A stretch of 64,000 nt of DNA from Lachnospiraceae bacterium (GCA_017439665.1 JAFSIS010000074.1:3632-67631); one strand, 5' to 3'. Counted from the first letter of the stretch, positions 1-10,514 are shown. Program-made: numbers and translations. Notes: generated by a model not told the origin, from the letters alone.

Positions 1-32
1 TTCCCGATGACCTTGTTACGGGAAGTATAAGA

Positions 33-2768
33 ATGGAAATGGTTTCGCCCTATAATGATTATGCAGCCAGAGCCAGCAGGATAACGATTGGTGAACGTGA
101 TGTATTGATTCTCCGGCTGCTACAGGATAATTTATTATGGATTATCTGCAATATCATCATTCTGATCTGTGGAATCGTATTTTTACTCTTGTTTCTTATC
201 CAGACGGTATCAGGACAGGATAATGGAGGAATGCAGTATTTATGCGGATATTGTATTGTGACTTCCCTGTATTATTTTGTTGAAACCAAGGTGCTGCATA
301 TTTTTTATGGAAATCAGACGCTATATTCGGTACTGGTGTTTTTATGCGTTATGATGATTCCGTTCTTTATTGCGATTTATTATGCCAATGGGATATTGGG
401 AAAATACAAACTGAGATGGAAGATCTTGCTTGGACTGATCTGTGCCAACATAGCCCTGCAGATGATTCTGCAGCTTACCAATCTGGTGGATTTTATGAAT
501 ATGGCTTTTCTCTCCCATGCATTGATCTCGTTGACCGTTTTGGTGGTTGCCAAGTCTTATCTTGATCTGATGAAGGAAAAGAAGGACAAAAGTATTCTTA
601 TAGGAATGCTGGGCCTGCTTTTTATGGGAATTGGCGGAACCGTTGATATTGTGAGGATGTATGTGGTGGCCGTCGGTGACATGGGTAAATTCAGCAGACT
701 GGGAACCATGTTTTTCAGCATCATCATGCTGTATCAGCATTTTGACCGGGTAACCAGAGGATATGCGCATAATGTAGAAGAAAATGCCAGACTGTTAAAG
801 CATGAAATGGAGTTCATGGAAAAGAAAAATGAACAGCTTAGGAAGGCCACCGAGCTTGCAGAAGAAGCAAGAAAAGAGGCTATTGCAGCTAATGCGGCAA
901 AGGGTAAGTTCCTTGCCCAGATGTCTCACGAAATCCGAACACCGATCAATGCGGTGCTTGGTATGGATACCATGATTTTGAGAGAATCCAAGGATATGCA
1001 GATTAAAGAATATGCCCTGGATATTCAGAATGCAGGGCACAGCCTGTTGGCGCTGATCAACGACATATTGGATTTTTCCAAGATTGAGTCCGGAAAACTG
1101 GAGATTATCAATGTTGAGTATGATTTCAGCAGTCTTTTGCATGATATTTCCAATATGATAAGAGTGAAGGCAGAGGCAAAGAAGCTGGAGCTGGAGATTC
1201 ATGTGGATTCACATATTCCGTCAAAGCTTCTGGGTGATGATGTGCGTATTCGCCAGGTATTGGTGAATCTGCTTAATAATGCGGTCAAATATACCCCTCA
1301 GGGCAAGGTGATGCTTCAGATTGAGGGGAAAATTGAGGGAAGAAAGGCTGTTTTGAATTTTTCCGTGCAGGATACAGGCATAGGAATCAAGGAAGAGGAT
1401 ATCGCCAGGTTATTTGAGGAATTTGAACGAATTGAGGAAAAGAGGAATCGTAATATTGAGGGGACCGGACTTGGAATTAATATTACAACGCAGCTTCTGC
1501 ACCTTATGGGGAGCAAATTAAATGTGGCAAGTGTATATGGGGAAGGCTCAAAGTTCTTTTTCACCCTGGAGCAGCAGATTGCGGATTCTACTCCTATTGG
1601 CAATCTGGAGGAACGGATTAGTGGGCAGGTTATGGAATATGCGTATTCTTCAGCCTTTGTTGCACCGGAGGCCCATATTCTGGTGGTAGATGATAATTTG
1701 GTGAATCTTAAGGTGTTTGTAAGCCTTCTTAAGAATACAAAGGTCAATGTGGATGTGGCTGATAGTGGAATGGCGGGACTCAGGCAGGTTGCTGATAAGC
1801 ATTATGATCTGATTTTTCTTGATCACATGATGCCGGAAATGGACGGAATAGAGACCTTGCACCGGATGAAGAATCTGGGAGATAACAGGTGTGTGGATAC
1901 GCCGATTGTGGCACTTACGGCTAATGCCATAACCGGAGCCAAGGAAATGTATCTGGCAGAAGGATTTGATGCCTTCCTTCCCAAACCGATCAATCCGGAG
2001 AAACTGGAGCAGATGATTTTAAAGCTTCTTCCCAGGGAGCTTCTCAGATTCGATTTGGAGGAGGAAGAGGATACCGCACCGGTGGAAACTGTGGGAAGCC
2101 GGATAGAAGGCAGAACAGAAAGCCGGACAGGAGGCAGAGAGACAAGGGAGCTTCCTATGGTGGATGGAATTGACTGGAGCTATGGACGCCTGCATTTGCC
2201 GGATGATGAACTGCTTATGGGTACGGTTTGTGACTTTTATAAGACGCTGGCCTATGAAGCAGAAACCTTAGATGGGTTTTACAGACAGTTTAATACGAAT
2301 CAGGACATGGTGGCACAATACAGAATTAAGGTACATGCGATGAAGAGTTCAGCGAACCTTATCGGAGCCATAGTTCTTGGTGGTATGGCAAGGGTTCTTG
2401 AGAGTGCTGCTGCCGGGGCAGATATAGCGGTAATTGATTCTTTGCATGATATTTTTATCAGGGAATGGCTGGGTTATAAGGAAAAGTTAGCAGAATGTGT
2501 GGCTGATTTTTCCTATGATGAGTCAAATAATTTGCCAAAAGAAGAGGTAAGGGATTATACTGTTATCAAAACTGATCTTGAAAGGTTGAAAGCGGCGGCC
2601 GCAGAATTTGATATGGATGCCATGGATGAGGCAATGAAGAGGCTGGAGGGTTTTGCTTATCCTGAACATATTGCTGTGAATATAGAAAAGCTCGGTGTTT
2701 TTGTGACCAATATGGACTGTGATGGTGTAAGTGATATAATAGAAGCAATGATCAGTGAAATAGAATAA
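33..2768 (+). CDS. hybrid sensor histidine kinase/response regulator (multi-TM sensor, HisKA, HATPase, REC, HPt-like)
   Basis: About 7 hydrophobic helices at the N-terminus. H-box SHEIRTPINAV; N/G boxes NLLNNAVKYT, DTGIGI, GTGLGI. Receiver ILVVDDN...LIFLDHMMPEMDG...ALTA...PKP. C-terminal helical HPt-like segment KVHAMKSSANLIGA. The frame is open back to base 3, so the true start may lie upstream of the window. Confidence 0.9.
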   Translation: MEMVSPYNDYAARASRITIGERDVLILRLLQDNLLWIICNIIILICGIVFLLLFLIQTVSGQDNGGMQYLCGYCIVTSLYYFVETKVLHIFYGNQTLYSVLVFLCVMMIPFFIAIYYANGILGKYKLRWKILLGLICANIALQMILQLTNLVDFMNMAFLSHALISLTVLVVAKSYLDLMKEKKDKSILIGMLGLLFMGIGGTVDIVRMYVVAVGDMGKFSRLGTMFFSIIMLYQHFDRVTRGYAHNVEENARLLKHEMEFMEKKNEQLRKATELAEEARKEAIAANAAKGKFLAQMSHEIRTPINAVLGMDTMILRESKDMQIKEYALDIQNAGHSLLALINDILDFSKIESGKLEIINVEYDFSSLLHDISNMIRVKAEAKKLELEIHVDSHIPSKLLGDDVRIRQVLVNLLNNAVKYTPQGKVMLQIEGKIEGRKAVLNFSVQDTGIGIKEEDIARLFEEFERIEEKRNRNIEGTGLGINITTQLLHLMGSKLNVASVYGEGSKFFFTLEQQIADSTPIGNLEERISGQVMEYAYSSAFVAPEAHILVVDDNLVNLKVFVSLLKNTKVNVDVADSGMAGLRQVADKHYDLIFLDHMMPEMDGIETLHRMKNLGDNRCVDTPIVALTANAITGAKEMYLAEGFDAFLPKPINPEKLEQMILKLLPRELLRFDLEEEEDTAPVETVGSRIEGRTESRTGGRETRELPMVDGIDWSYGRLHLPDDELLMGTVCDFYKTLAYEAETLDGFYRQFNTNQDMVAQYRIKVHAMKSSANLIGAIVLGGMARVLESAAAGADIAVIDSLHDIFIREWLGYKEKLAECVADFSYDESNNLPKEEVRDYTVIKTDLERLKAAAAEFDMDAMDEAMKRLEGFAYPEHIAVNIEKLGVFVTNMDCDGVSDIIEAMISEIE

Positions 2769-2784
2769 TAAAACGGAGGATGAA

Positions 2785-3558
2785 GTGATGGAAAAAATAC
2801 TTATTTTAGGGGATTATAATCAGCTGGTTGGCAGTTTGAATCAACATTTATCAACCAGGTTTACGACACAGATGTGCATGGATAATCTTGAATATGTGGA
2901 GAAGATAGCCAAGATTTATAAATTTGATATGGTAGTTGTCTGCTTAAGAGGTGTGGGAGAACTGGATAAGAAGGTTTTGGATTTTTTTGCCGGCTGCAGG
3001 GCAAAAAGGCCTGTACTGCTTATTGGAACCGAGGAGGAGTGCAAGGTATATGAAAAGTACTATGAGGAGGAACAGTTTGAATGTATTACCCGTCCTACCA
3101 CACTGGGGATGCTTCAGAGAAAATGCGAGGAAATGTTGGATTTAGTCGAAGATGTTGAAGAAGAAACAGTGGTTGAAGAAGCACCGGAGCAAAGAAAGAG
3201 TATTCTTGCGGTGGATGACAGCGGAATTCTGCTCAGAAGCGTTAAGGCGATGTTGGAAAAAGCTTATGATGTAATGGTAGCAAATTCAGGCATGGCAGCC
3301 ATTAAGCAGGCCAAGAAAAAAGTACCGGACCTGATCCTTTTGGATTATGAGATGCCGGAGTGGGATGGAAAAAGAACGCTTGAAGAGATCAGAAATGATG
3401 AGGAGTTGAAGGATATCCCTGTAGTATTTTTAACTGCAGTATCCGATAAGTCCCATATTATGGCGGTCTTAAACTTAAGACCTTCTGGCTATCTGCTAAA
3501 ACCCATTGATCAGCAGGTGCTTCTTGACACTATTGAGAAGGCCTTGATTAAAATCTGA
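2785..3558 (+). CDS. response regulator with N-terminal pseudo-receiver and C-terminal receiver, no output domain
   Basis: Starts 17 nt after the kinase stop with RBS GGAGGA. The C-terminal half is a canonical REC (AVDDSGILL, DLILLDYEMPEWDG, VVFLTA, LKP). The N-terminal half is REC-like but has Cys at the expected phospho-Asp position (FDMVVVCL). Confidence 0.85.
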   Translation: MMEKILILGDYNQLVGSLNQHLSTRFTTQMCMDNLEYVEKIAKIYKFDMVVVCLRGVGELDKKVLDFFAGCRAKRPVLLIGTEEECKVYEKYYEEEQFECITRPTTLGMLQRKCEEMLDLVEDVEEETVVEEAPEQRKSILAVDDSGILLRSVKAMLEKAYDVMVANSGMAAIKQAKKKVPDLILLDYEMPEWDGKRTLEEIRNDEELKDIPVVFLTAVSDKSHIMAVLNLRPSGYLLKPIDQQVLLDTIEKALIKI

Positions 3559-3576
3559 GAAAATTTTGGCTTTAAA

Positions 3577-3618
3577 TAAAAAAGATGGAGTATTTTTTGT
3601 ATTTACTCCATCTTTTTA
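3577..3618. terminator. bidirectional rho-independent terminator
   Basis: Perfect 10-bp stem AGATGGAGTA/TACTCCATCT flanked by an A-run and a T-run, between convergent genes. Confidence 0.8.
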
Positions 3619-3660
3619 TGCCTTTTCGATTAGTTGGGAACAAAAATAGATTACATAGAA

Positions 3661-4338
3661 CTAATTTTTACCTTCCGTATATTCGATGATTTCCCGGTAT
3701 TCAGGATATTCTGTAATAAACTGTTGAATGATCTGTGGCTGTTCCCAATAATGCATGGGAAAGACGCGGCCTGCTTTTACCTGCTTTAAGAAATAGAGAA
3801 CCCCTCTTGCATAGTCTTTTTCCTGACGGGGATCCAGAGGAAGAAAGGCTACATCCACTTTCCGACCCTTCATCATATCGATCTCATGGCGGTAGTTTCC
3901 TGTCATCTGTTTATTATACTGTTCATCTTCACCTTCCCATACCCAGTCATTCAGATCACCAGCATGATAAATACAGCCCTCGGGACAGGTCAATAGGAAG
4001 GCCACACCTTCGTCGGTAGACAGAAAGGTTTCCAGACGGGTTTCATAAGGAAGCGCATATTCCTGATGGTGAGTGACCCGGATAACCGGAATGTTACCGG
4101 GGTGGGCTTTTATGGGAATATCCTTGGATAAAACAGCAGTGATCTCTTTCATGCCAAGATCTTTTAGCAGGGAAAACACCTTCTGGTCATAATGGTCGGG
4201 ATGAGAGTGGCTGGCAAAAACCAGAATGGGCTTTTCCTTTTTCAAAACGGGAAGCTTTCCCTTATAATAGTCAAAAAGATAGTAGCAGCTATTGGTCTCT
4301 ACAAGAAAGCTGCTGTGAAAGATGTAGGTAATGTCCAT
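3661..4338 (-). CDS. MBL-fold metallo-hydrolase
   Basis: 225-aa ORF with the HxHxDH motif (ASHSHPDHYD) and later His/Asp ligands. Confidence 0.8.
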   Translation of the reverse strand: MDITYIFHSSFLVETNSCYYLFDYYKGKLPVLKKEKPILVFASHSHPDHYDQKVFSLLKDLGMKEITAVLSKDIPIKAHPGNIPVIRVTHHQEYALPYETRLETFLSTDEGVAFLLTCPEGCIYHAGDLNDWVWEGEDEQYNKQMTGNYRHEIDMMKGRKVDVAFLPLDPRQEKDYARGVLYFLKQVKAGRVFPMHYWEQPQIIQQFITEYPEYREIIEYTEGKN

Positions 4339-4507
4339 ATTTTCCTCTCCTTTTGTTGGCTGGATAGTTTTAAAAGCTATTATTTAGAACATTATATCCT
4401 GCTTCTTTTAAAAGATGAAGGGTTGAAAATTGGGAAATTTTTCTGTATAATACTGTCGACAGGTGGCAGAGCCACCATTATTTGTGTATAGGGGAGGAAG
4501 AAACCAG

Positions 4508-5626
4508 ATGAAAGGGAAGTTAAATATTCTTCTTGCGGTCCTTATTTTTGCTTTCTGTCTGGCAGGATGTGGAAATGAGGAAGAACCGGTAGAAAACCGT
4601 ATCAATGTAGATGTACAGCAAGAGGTGGAAGAAACTGTCGAAGAGCCGACTACAGAAGAAGAGGTTGTAGTAGAGGACGTGATCCCGGAGGGCATGTACC
4701 GAAGCGAGCTGACCAACGAATTGATTTCCGAAGAGCTTAAGAATCAGAGACCTATTGCGGTTATGGTGGATAATGAGAAGACAGCATTGCCTCATTTTGG
4801 TATCAGCCAGGCAGACGTTGTCTATGAGCTGATGAACAGTACCAAAAATGACCGGATCACCCGTCTTATGGTGTTGGTGAAGGATTGGGGCAGTATTGAA
4901 CAGTTGGGAAGTATCCGTTCTCTTCGTCCGACCAATATCTTACTGGCAGTAGAGTGGAATGCAGTAATCTGTCACGATGGCGGACCATTTTATAATGATC
5001 CTTATCTGGAACCGGATTATGTAGAGAATTTCAGCGGAACCTTTTCCCGTGTAAAAAATGGTAAACCTTACGAATTTACGGAATACATATTGCCGGGTGA
5101 TCTGGAAAAGAATTTTGCCAGCAAGGGCTATTCTACTGAATATAATGAATATTATCCCGGTCCCCATTATCAGTTTGCCACAGAAGCTAATCCGGTGAAT
5201 TTGTCAGATGAGGATGGAGCAATAGCCGCAGATAAGGTTATTTTCCCTTTCAAGCATAACGGTTCTTATCTGGAGTATGATGAGGAGAGCGGTTTATACA
5301 AATATTTTGAATATGGAAGTGCCCATGTGGATGCAGGAAATAATAATGTGCAGACTACGTTTAAAAATGTCCTGATCCAGAAATGTACCTTCCATCAGTA
5401 TGATGAAAATGGTTATCTGATCTTTAACTGTATTGCAGAAGCAGAAGAGGGCTATTATCTTACCAACGGTAAGGCCATTCCGGTCACCTGGACGAAGAGA
5501 GGAGACCCGGAAATTTCCATTACCCGCTACTATGATGCAGAAGGCAATGAAATCACCCTGAATACCGGTAAGACCTATATTGCCTTTGTACCTGACGACA
5601 ACTGGTCTCAGTTGGTTATTCAATAA
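4508..5626 (+). CDS. DUF3048-type (YerB-like) lipoprotein
   Basis: Internal ATG at 4508 preceded by GGGGAGGAAG. Lipoprotein signal MKGKLNILLAVLIFAFCLAGC. Acidic linker, then the RPIAVMVDN...ADVVYE core typical of DUF3048. Confidence 0.75.
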   Translation: MKGKLNILLAVLIFAFCLAGCGNEEEPVENRINVDVQQEVEETVEEPTTEEEVVVEDVIPEGMYRSELTNELISEELKNQRPIAVMVDNEKTALPHFGISQADVVYELMNSTKNDRITRLMVLVKDWGSIEQLGSIRSLRPTNILLAVEWNAVICHDGGPFYNDPYLEPDYVENFSGTFSRVKNGKPYEFTEYILPGDLEKNFASKGYSTEYNEYYPGPHYQFATEANPVNLSDEDGAIAADKVIFPFKHNGSYLEYDEESGLYKYFEYGSAHVDAGNNNVQTTFKNVLIQKCTFHQYDENGYLIFNCIAEAEEGYYLTNGKAIPVTWTKRGDPEISITRYYDAEGNEITLNTGKTYIAFVPDDNWSQLVIQ

Positions 5627-5642
5627 AGGAAGCATAGAAAGA

Positions 5643-5680
5643 AGAGTCGTTTGTCCAATTTGGGCAGACGGCTCTTTTTA
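5643..5680 (+). terminator. rho-independent terminator after the DUF3048 gene
   Basis: 14-bp stem (with G-U pairs) AGAGTCGTTTGTCC/GGGCAGACGGCTCT followed by TTTTT. Confidence 0.65.
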
Positions 5681-5743
5681 GGTCTTTTTCCGGCAGACCC
5701 TGCATATACATGAAACAGGTTTTCGGGAAAATAAGGAGGGTAT

Positions 5744-7231
5744 ATGGAACAGCCGGTTAAAAATACATACGATTTATATAAGGATATACAGCTGCGTACA
5801 GGAGGAGAAATATATCTGGGAATTGTGGGTCCTGTGAGAACAGGAAAATCCACCTTTATCAAACGGTTTATGGAGCTGCTGGTTCTTCCCTCCATGGAGA
5901 CGGAGGAGGAACGAAGCAGGGCCAGAGATGAGCTGCCACAGAGTGCAGGAGGAAAGACCATTACCACCACAGAGCCTAAATTTATTCCCCAAAAGGCAGC
6001 TGTGATCAATCTGACGGATGATATCCGGGTCCGGGTAAGGCTCATCGACTGTGTAGGTTTTATGGTAGAGGGTGCTGCCGGACATATGGAGGAAGGAAAG
6101 GAAAGAATGGTGAAGACACCCTGGTCTGAGGAGGCGATTCCTTTTACGAAGGCGGCAGGGATCGGAACCCAGAAGGTAATCAGTGACCATTCTACGCTGG
6201 GACTGGTGATCACTACAGATGGAACCATAGGAGAATTGGAGCGAAGCCAGTATCTGGAGGCAGAGGGGCATACCATCAATGAGCTGAAACGTTTGCAGAA
6301 GCCTTTTCTGGTACTGGTAAATTCCAGTCGTCCATATGCTGAAGAAGCACTCAGGACAGTAGAGGAAATCCGGCAGAAATACGATGTCCCAGCCCTGGCG
6401 ATCAATTGTATGCAGATGAAGATTGAGGATATCTATCGGTGTTTAAGAACCGTGTTGGAGGAATTTCCTGTATCGGGAATGGAGTTTTTCGTTCCCAAAT
6501 GGGTGGAAAGTCTGCCAAATCTTCATCCACTAAAGGCCGATATTATCAATAGAATCAGAAACTACATGGAAAAGATAGGGAAGATGAGGGATGTGCTGCA
6601 GGAGGAGACTGATCTGGTAGGAGAGTATATTACCAGATGCACCTGTACGGAAATGTCCATGGCTACCGGAAAGGTGGTTTTCTGCCTGGATGTAGATGAA
6701 CGATATTATTATGATATGCTCAGTGAGCTGACAGGTGAGGAGTTGAAAAGCCAGTATCAGCTTTTGCAGCTGTTAAAAGGATATAAAGGTAGAAAAAAAG
6801 AATATGAAAAGGTCCTGGGGGCAGTAGAAGATGTTCGCCGGAGGGGGTATGGTGTGGTTACTCCTGACCGGGAGGAAATTCTTTTAGAGGAGCCCCAGGT
6901 GGTCAGACACGGAAATAAGTTCGGGGTGAAGATAAAAGCAGAAAGTCCTTCCGTGCATATGATCCGAGCCAATGTAGTGACCGAAATTGCCCCTATCGTC
7001 GGAAATGAACAGCAGGCCCATGACCTGATCGACTATATTAAAAGTGAACGGGAAACAGAAAAAGGAATCTGGGAAACCAATATTTTTGGAAAGACGGTAG
7101 AACAGCTGATTTTTGATGGTATACAGAATAAAATTGCCGGGATCGGAGAAGAAAGTCAGCAGAATTTACAGGAAACCATGCAGAAAATCCTTAACGAAAG
7201 CAAAGGAGGAATGATTTTTATACTCATCTGA
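5744..7231 (+). CDS. spoIVA: stage IV sporulation protein A (spore coat morphogenetic ATPase)
   Basis: 495 aa. N-terminus NTYDLYKDIQLRTGGEIYLGIVGPVRTGKSTFIKRFME with Walker A. Length and C-terminus are typical of SpoIVA. RBS AAGGAGGG. Confidence 0.95.
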   Translation: MEQPVKNTYDLYKDIQLRTGGEIYLGIVGPVRTGKSTFIKRFMELLVLPSMETEEERSRARDELPQSAGGKTITTTEPKFIPQKAAVINLTDDIRVRVRLIDCVGFMVEGAAGHMEEGKERMVKTPWSEEAIPFTKAAGIGTQKVISDHSTLGLVITTDGTIGELERSQYLEAEGHTINELKRLQKPFLVLVNSSRPYAEEALRTVEEIRQKYDVPALAINCMQMKIEDIYRCLRTVLEEFPVSGMEFFVPKWVESLPNLHPLKADIINRIRNYMEKIGKMRDVLQEETDLVGEYITRCTCTEMSMATGKVVFCLDVDERYYYDMLSELTGEELKSQYQLLQLLKGYKGRKKEYEKVLGAVEDVRRRGYGVVTPDREEILLEEPQVVRHGNKFGVKIKAESPSVHMIRANVVTEIAPIVGNEQQAHDLIDYIKSERETEKGIWETNIFGKTVEQLIFDGIQNKIAGIGEESQQNLQETMQKILNESKGGMIFILI

Positions 7232-7301
7232 AAGGCACCCTGTCTCCCGGTAAGAGACGGGATAAAATATAGGTATACAAAAAGAATCTACCTATGGTAA
7301 A

Positions 7302-7337
7302 ATAGTAGCGTTATCAAAATGGCGCTACTATTTTTTG
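7302..7337 (+). terminator. rho-independent terminator after spoIVA
   Basis: ATAGTAGCG/CGCTACTAT stem followed by TTTTTT. Confidence 0.75.
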
Positions 7338-7376
7338 TGCCGAAAGGAAGCAGATTTAAGGAGGCTTTAACAAAGG

Positions 7377-8378
7377 ATGGCAAAACAGGAATTATATGAA
7401 TATCAATATACGACACCCAACAAACAGGTGGTTAAGGCCTTTCTGCCAGCATTGAAAAAGCCTAAGGGAAGATCCGGTCCCAATAAAAAAGTTACCTGGG
7501 GAATTATTTTTCAGCTTATCGGTATTGTGGGCTTCATTACCATGCCTCAGATGGTTGCGGATGGAGCGGGAGTTTTCAGCTTGTTAAGTAAGATGATCGT
7601 TCATGGTATCCTTCTCGTGGCGGGAATCATCCAGGTCAGGCAGGGCAGAGAGGGGCTGAATCGTCTGGAACGTTATTTTCGCTATATGAGAGTTTTTGAA
7701 GGCAGACCATATGCCTCCATAGAGGAACTGGCATCTACGGTGGCCAAGAAACCAAAAACAGTGATGAAGGATCTGGAATACATGATGGATGAGGGCTGGT
7801 TTCTGGAGGCCCATCTGGATACCAAACAGAATTATTTCATGTTAACGAATCAGGCCTATCAGCAGTTTAATGAGGCTGAAAAGAGTAAACGTTTGCGGGA
7901 GAAGGAGGAACAGGAAAAACAGGCCAGAGAGAATGATCCTGCCGCAAAAGAGCTGGACCGTATTCTTGAGGAAGGAAAGGAATACATCAGGGAGATTCGA
8001 AGACTGAATGATGAAATAGCCGGAGAAGAGGTCAGTAACAAGCTGTATGCCATTGAAGATGTGGTAGGCAGTATATTCGAGCAGGTGAAGCGGAAGCCGG
8101 AAAAGATGACGGATATCAGAAAGTTCATGCAGTATTATCTTCCCATGACGGTAAAGGTAGTCAGGACCTATAGAGATTTTGAGAATGAAAATCTGCCCAG
8201 TGCCCAGTTGGAGGAAAGTAAGAAGGAGATCGAAGAAACCCTGGATAAGGTTCAGGCAGCTTTCGTCAAGCTCAGGGAAAAACTGTTTGCGGAGGATGTA
8301 CTGGACGTTTCTACTGATCTGGATGTACTGGAAACCATGATGTCTCAGGAAGGTTTGATTTCTGATGAATTTAAATGA
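7377..8378 (+). CDS. xpaC: XpaC-like protein (5-bromo-4-chloroindolyl phosphate hydrolysis protein family)
   Basis: Two N-terminal TM helices, then a long charged helical region. Lies directly upstream of a TelA-like gene, as in the B. subtilis xpaC-yaaN pair. Confidence 0.7.
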   Translation: MAKQELYEYQYTTPNKQVVKAFLPALKKPKGRSGPNKKVTWGIIFQLIGIVGFITMPQMVADGAGVFSLLSKMIVHGILLVAGIIQVRQGREGLNRLERYFRYMRVFEGRPYASIEELASTVAKKPKTVMKDLEYMMDEGWFLEAHLDTKQNYFMLTNQAYQQFNEAEKSKRLREKEEQEKQARENDPAAKELDRILEEGKEYIREIRRLNDEIAGEEVSNKLYAIEDVVGSIFEQVKRKPEKMTDIRKFMQYYLPMTVKVVRTYRDFENENLPSAQLEESKKEIEETLDKVQAAFVKLREKLFAEDVLDVSTDLDVLETMMSQEGLISDEFK

Positions 8379-9552
8379 AAGAGAGGATAAGCGGATGGAC
8401 AAATTTACGGATGCAGAGGTTTTGGAATCCACCCCCACACTTACTTTTGAACCCTTTGTAGAGGAAAAGGAGCTCCCCACAGCCAGGAAGGAAGAGGAGC
8501 TGGCCCAGATCAGGGAAGAGCTGGAGGAGACTGCATTAACACCCGAAGAAAAGAAAATGGTGCAGGAGTTCAGTGAGAAGATTGATCTGAAAAACTCTAA
8601 TCAGGTATTACAGTATGGTGCCGGGGCACAGAAAAAGATTGCAGATTTTTCCCAGTCTGCTCTGGACAATGTTCGTACCAAGGATCTGGGAGAAGTGGGT
8701 GATCTTCTGGCCGGTGTAGTAGGTGAGCTGAGGGAATTTGATGCACAAGAAGAAGAAAAGGGCTTTTTCGGTATATTTAAAAAGGCCGGTAATAAGGTGG
8801 ATACGCTGAAGGCCAGATATTCCAAGGCAGAATCCAATGTAAACACCATGGTTCAGGTACTGGAAGGTCACCAGGTCCAGCTGATGAAGGATACTGCCAT
8901 GCTGGACAAGATGTACGATATCAATAAAAACTATTTTAAAGAGCTGAATATGTATATCCTGGCAGGTAAACAGAAGATCAATCAGGTAAAAACCGTAGAG
9001 CTTCCAGCTATGATGGATAAGGCACAGGCCAGCGGACTGGCTGAAGATGCCCAGGAAGTAAACGATCTGAAGGCCATGGTGGATCGCTTTGAGAAGAAGA
9101 TCCATGATCTGGAACTGACCAAGACCATTTCCCTGCAGATGGCACCGCAGATCCGCATGATCCAGAATAATGATGTGGTAATGGCGGAGAAGATCCAGTC
9201 TACTCTGGTGAATACCATTCCATTGTGGAAGAGCCAGATGGTGCTGGCTCTCGGGATGAACCGTTCTGTAGAGGCTGCCAAGGCTCAGCAGGCAGTGACC
9301 GACGTGACCAATGAGCTGTTACGAAAGAATGCTGCCGTTTTACATCAGTCCTCAGTGGAAACAGCCAGAGCGGCAGAGCAGAGTATCGTGGATATCAATA
9401 CCCTTACGGAAACCAATCAGCTTTTGATCCAGACACTGGATGAGGTAATGCAGATCCAGACGGAAGGCAGACAGAAGCGACAGCAGGCAGAAGTGGAATT
9501 GAATCGGATTGAGGAAACATTAAAACAGCGTCTTTTACAGATGAGGGGCTAA
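8365..9552 (+). CDS. telA: toxic anion resistance protein, TelA/YaaN family
   Basis: About 390-aa all-helical protein with a TelA-like core (NSNQVLQYGAGAQKKIADFS...). An alternative start at ATG 8395 has RBS GAGAGGA. Confidence 0.8.
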   Translation: MNLNEREDKRMDKFTDAEVLESTPTLTFEPFVEEKELPTARKEEELAQIREELEETALTPEEKKMVQEFSEKIDLKNSNQVLQYGAGAQKKIADFSQSALDNVRTKDLGEVGDLLAGVVGELREFDAQEEEKGFFGIFKKAGNKVDTLKARYSKAESNVNTMVQVLEGHQVQLMKDTAMLDKMYDINKNYFKELNMYILAGKQKINQVKTVELPAMMDKAQASGLAEDAQEVNDLKAMVDRFEKKIHDLELTKTISLQMAPQIRMIQNNDVVMAEKIQSTLVNTIPLWKSQMVLALGMNRSVEAAKAQQAVTDVTNELLRKNAAVLHQSSVETARAAEQSIVDINTLTETNQLLIQTLDEVMQIQTEGRQKRQQAEVELNRIEETLKQRLLQMRG

Positions 9553-9621
9553 GTAACAGAAGCTTCTTTAGAAAAAATATGGATGGAAAAGGCTGCTTAG
9601 TGCGGCAGAATGTGAGGTAAA

Positions 9622-10458
9622 ATGAGTCAGGCATATGATAAGCTGGTAAGCTGCTATAACAGTATTTGTGAGAAAATAAAATTTGTTCCCGATGTGGCCA
9701 TCGTTCTGGGGTCAGGGCTGGGAGATTATGGCAATGAGATCCGTGTGGAGGCAGAGCTTTCCTATGCAGATATTGAAGGCTTTCCGGTTTCTACGGTACC
9801 CGGGCATGCAGGAAAGTTTATCTTTGGTTATGTAGGAGAGACGAAGGTGGTCTGTATGCAGGGAAGGGTACATTATTATGAAGGATACCCTATTTCGGAC
9901 GTGGTTTTACCCACCAGACTGATGAAAATGATGGGGGCCAAAATCCTGTTTTTAACCAATGCATCAGGAGGAATCAATCCTTCCTTTACGGCAGGAGACT
10001 TTATGATGCTGACGGATCACATTTCCCTTTTTGCCCCCAATCCGTTGATCGGGCCCAATATGGATGAGCTGGGAACCCGTTTTCCTGATATGACTACCGT
10101 TTATGATAAGGAGCTTCAGGATATTTTAGAGGAAACTGCAAAGGAGAATGGAATTGGGCTGAAGAAGGGAATCTATGCCCAGCTTACAGGCCCTTCCTTT
10201 GAGTCACCGGCAGAAATCCAGCTTCTGCATAAGCTGGGAGTAGATGCAGTAGGAATGTCTACCGTAGTGGAGGCTATTGCGGCCAACCACATGGGAATGA
10301 AGATCTGTGGAATTTCCTGTGTATGTAATCTGGCGGCCGGGATGAGCCCTAATCCTCTTACCCATGATGAGGTACAGGAGGCAGCCAGAATAGCAGCACC
10401 TAAGTTTAAGCAGCTGCTGACTCAGTCGGTCATCAAATTTGGAAAAAACTGTTTATAA
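9622..10458 (+). CDS. punA: purine nucleoside phosphorylase (PunA/PNP-I family)
   Basis: 278 aa with GSGLG, VPGHAGKF, GRVHYYEG, TNASGG, GPSFESPAE and GMSTV motifs. Confidence 0.92.
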   Translation: MSQAYDKLVSCYNSICEKIKFVPDVAIVLGSGLGDYGNEIRVEAELSYADIEGFPVSTVPGHAGKFIFGYVGETKVVCMQGRVHYYEGYPISDVVLPTRLMKMMGAKILFLTNASGGINPSFTAGDFMMLTDHISLFAPNPLIGPNMDELGTRFPDMTTVYDKELQDILEETAKENGIGLKKGIYAQLTGPSFESPAEIQLLHKLGVDAVGMSTVVEAIAANHMGMKICGISCVCNLAAGMSPNPLTHDEVQEAARIAAPKFKQLLTQSVIKFGKNCL

Positions 10459-10514
10459 AACCTATAGGATAATCAATAAATATGCTGGATGAAACAGTAG
10501 AAATGGGAGGAAGC

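Noticed and set aside
5620-6405. 261-aa ORF on the minus strand
   Set aside because: It lies entirely antisense to spoIVA, which has unambiguous homology. Its composition is Ser/Arg/Pro-rich, typical of a shadow frame, and it has no RBS.
7842-8480. 212-aa minus-strand ORF
   Set aside because: Antisense to the charged helical region of the xpaC-like gene. Such regions lack stops on the opposite strand.
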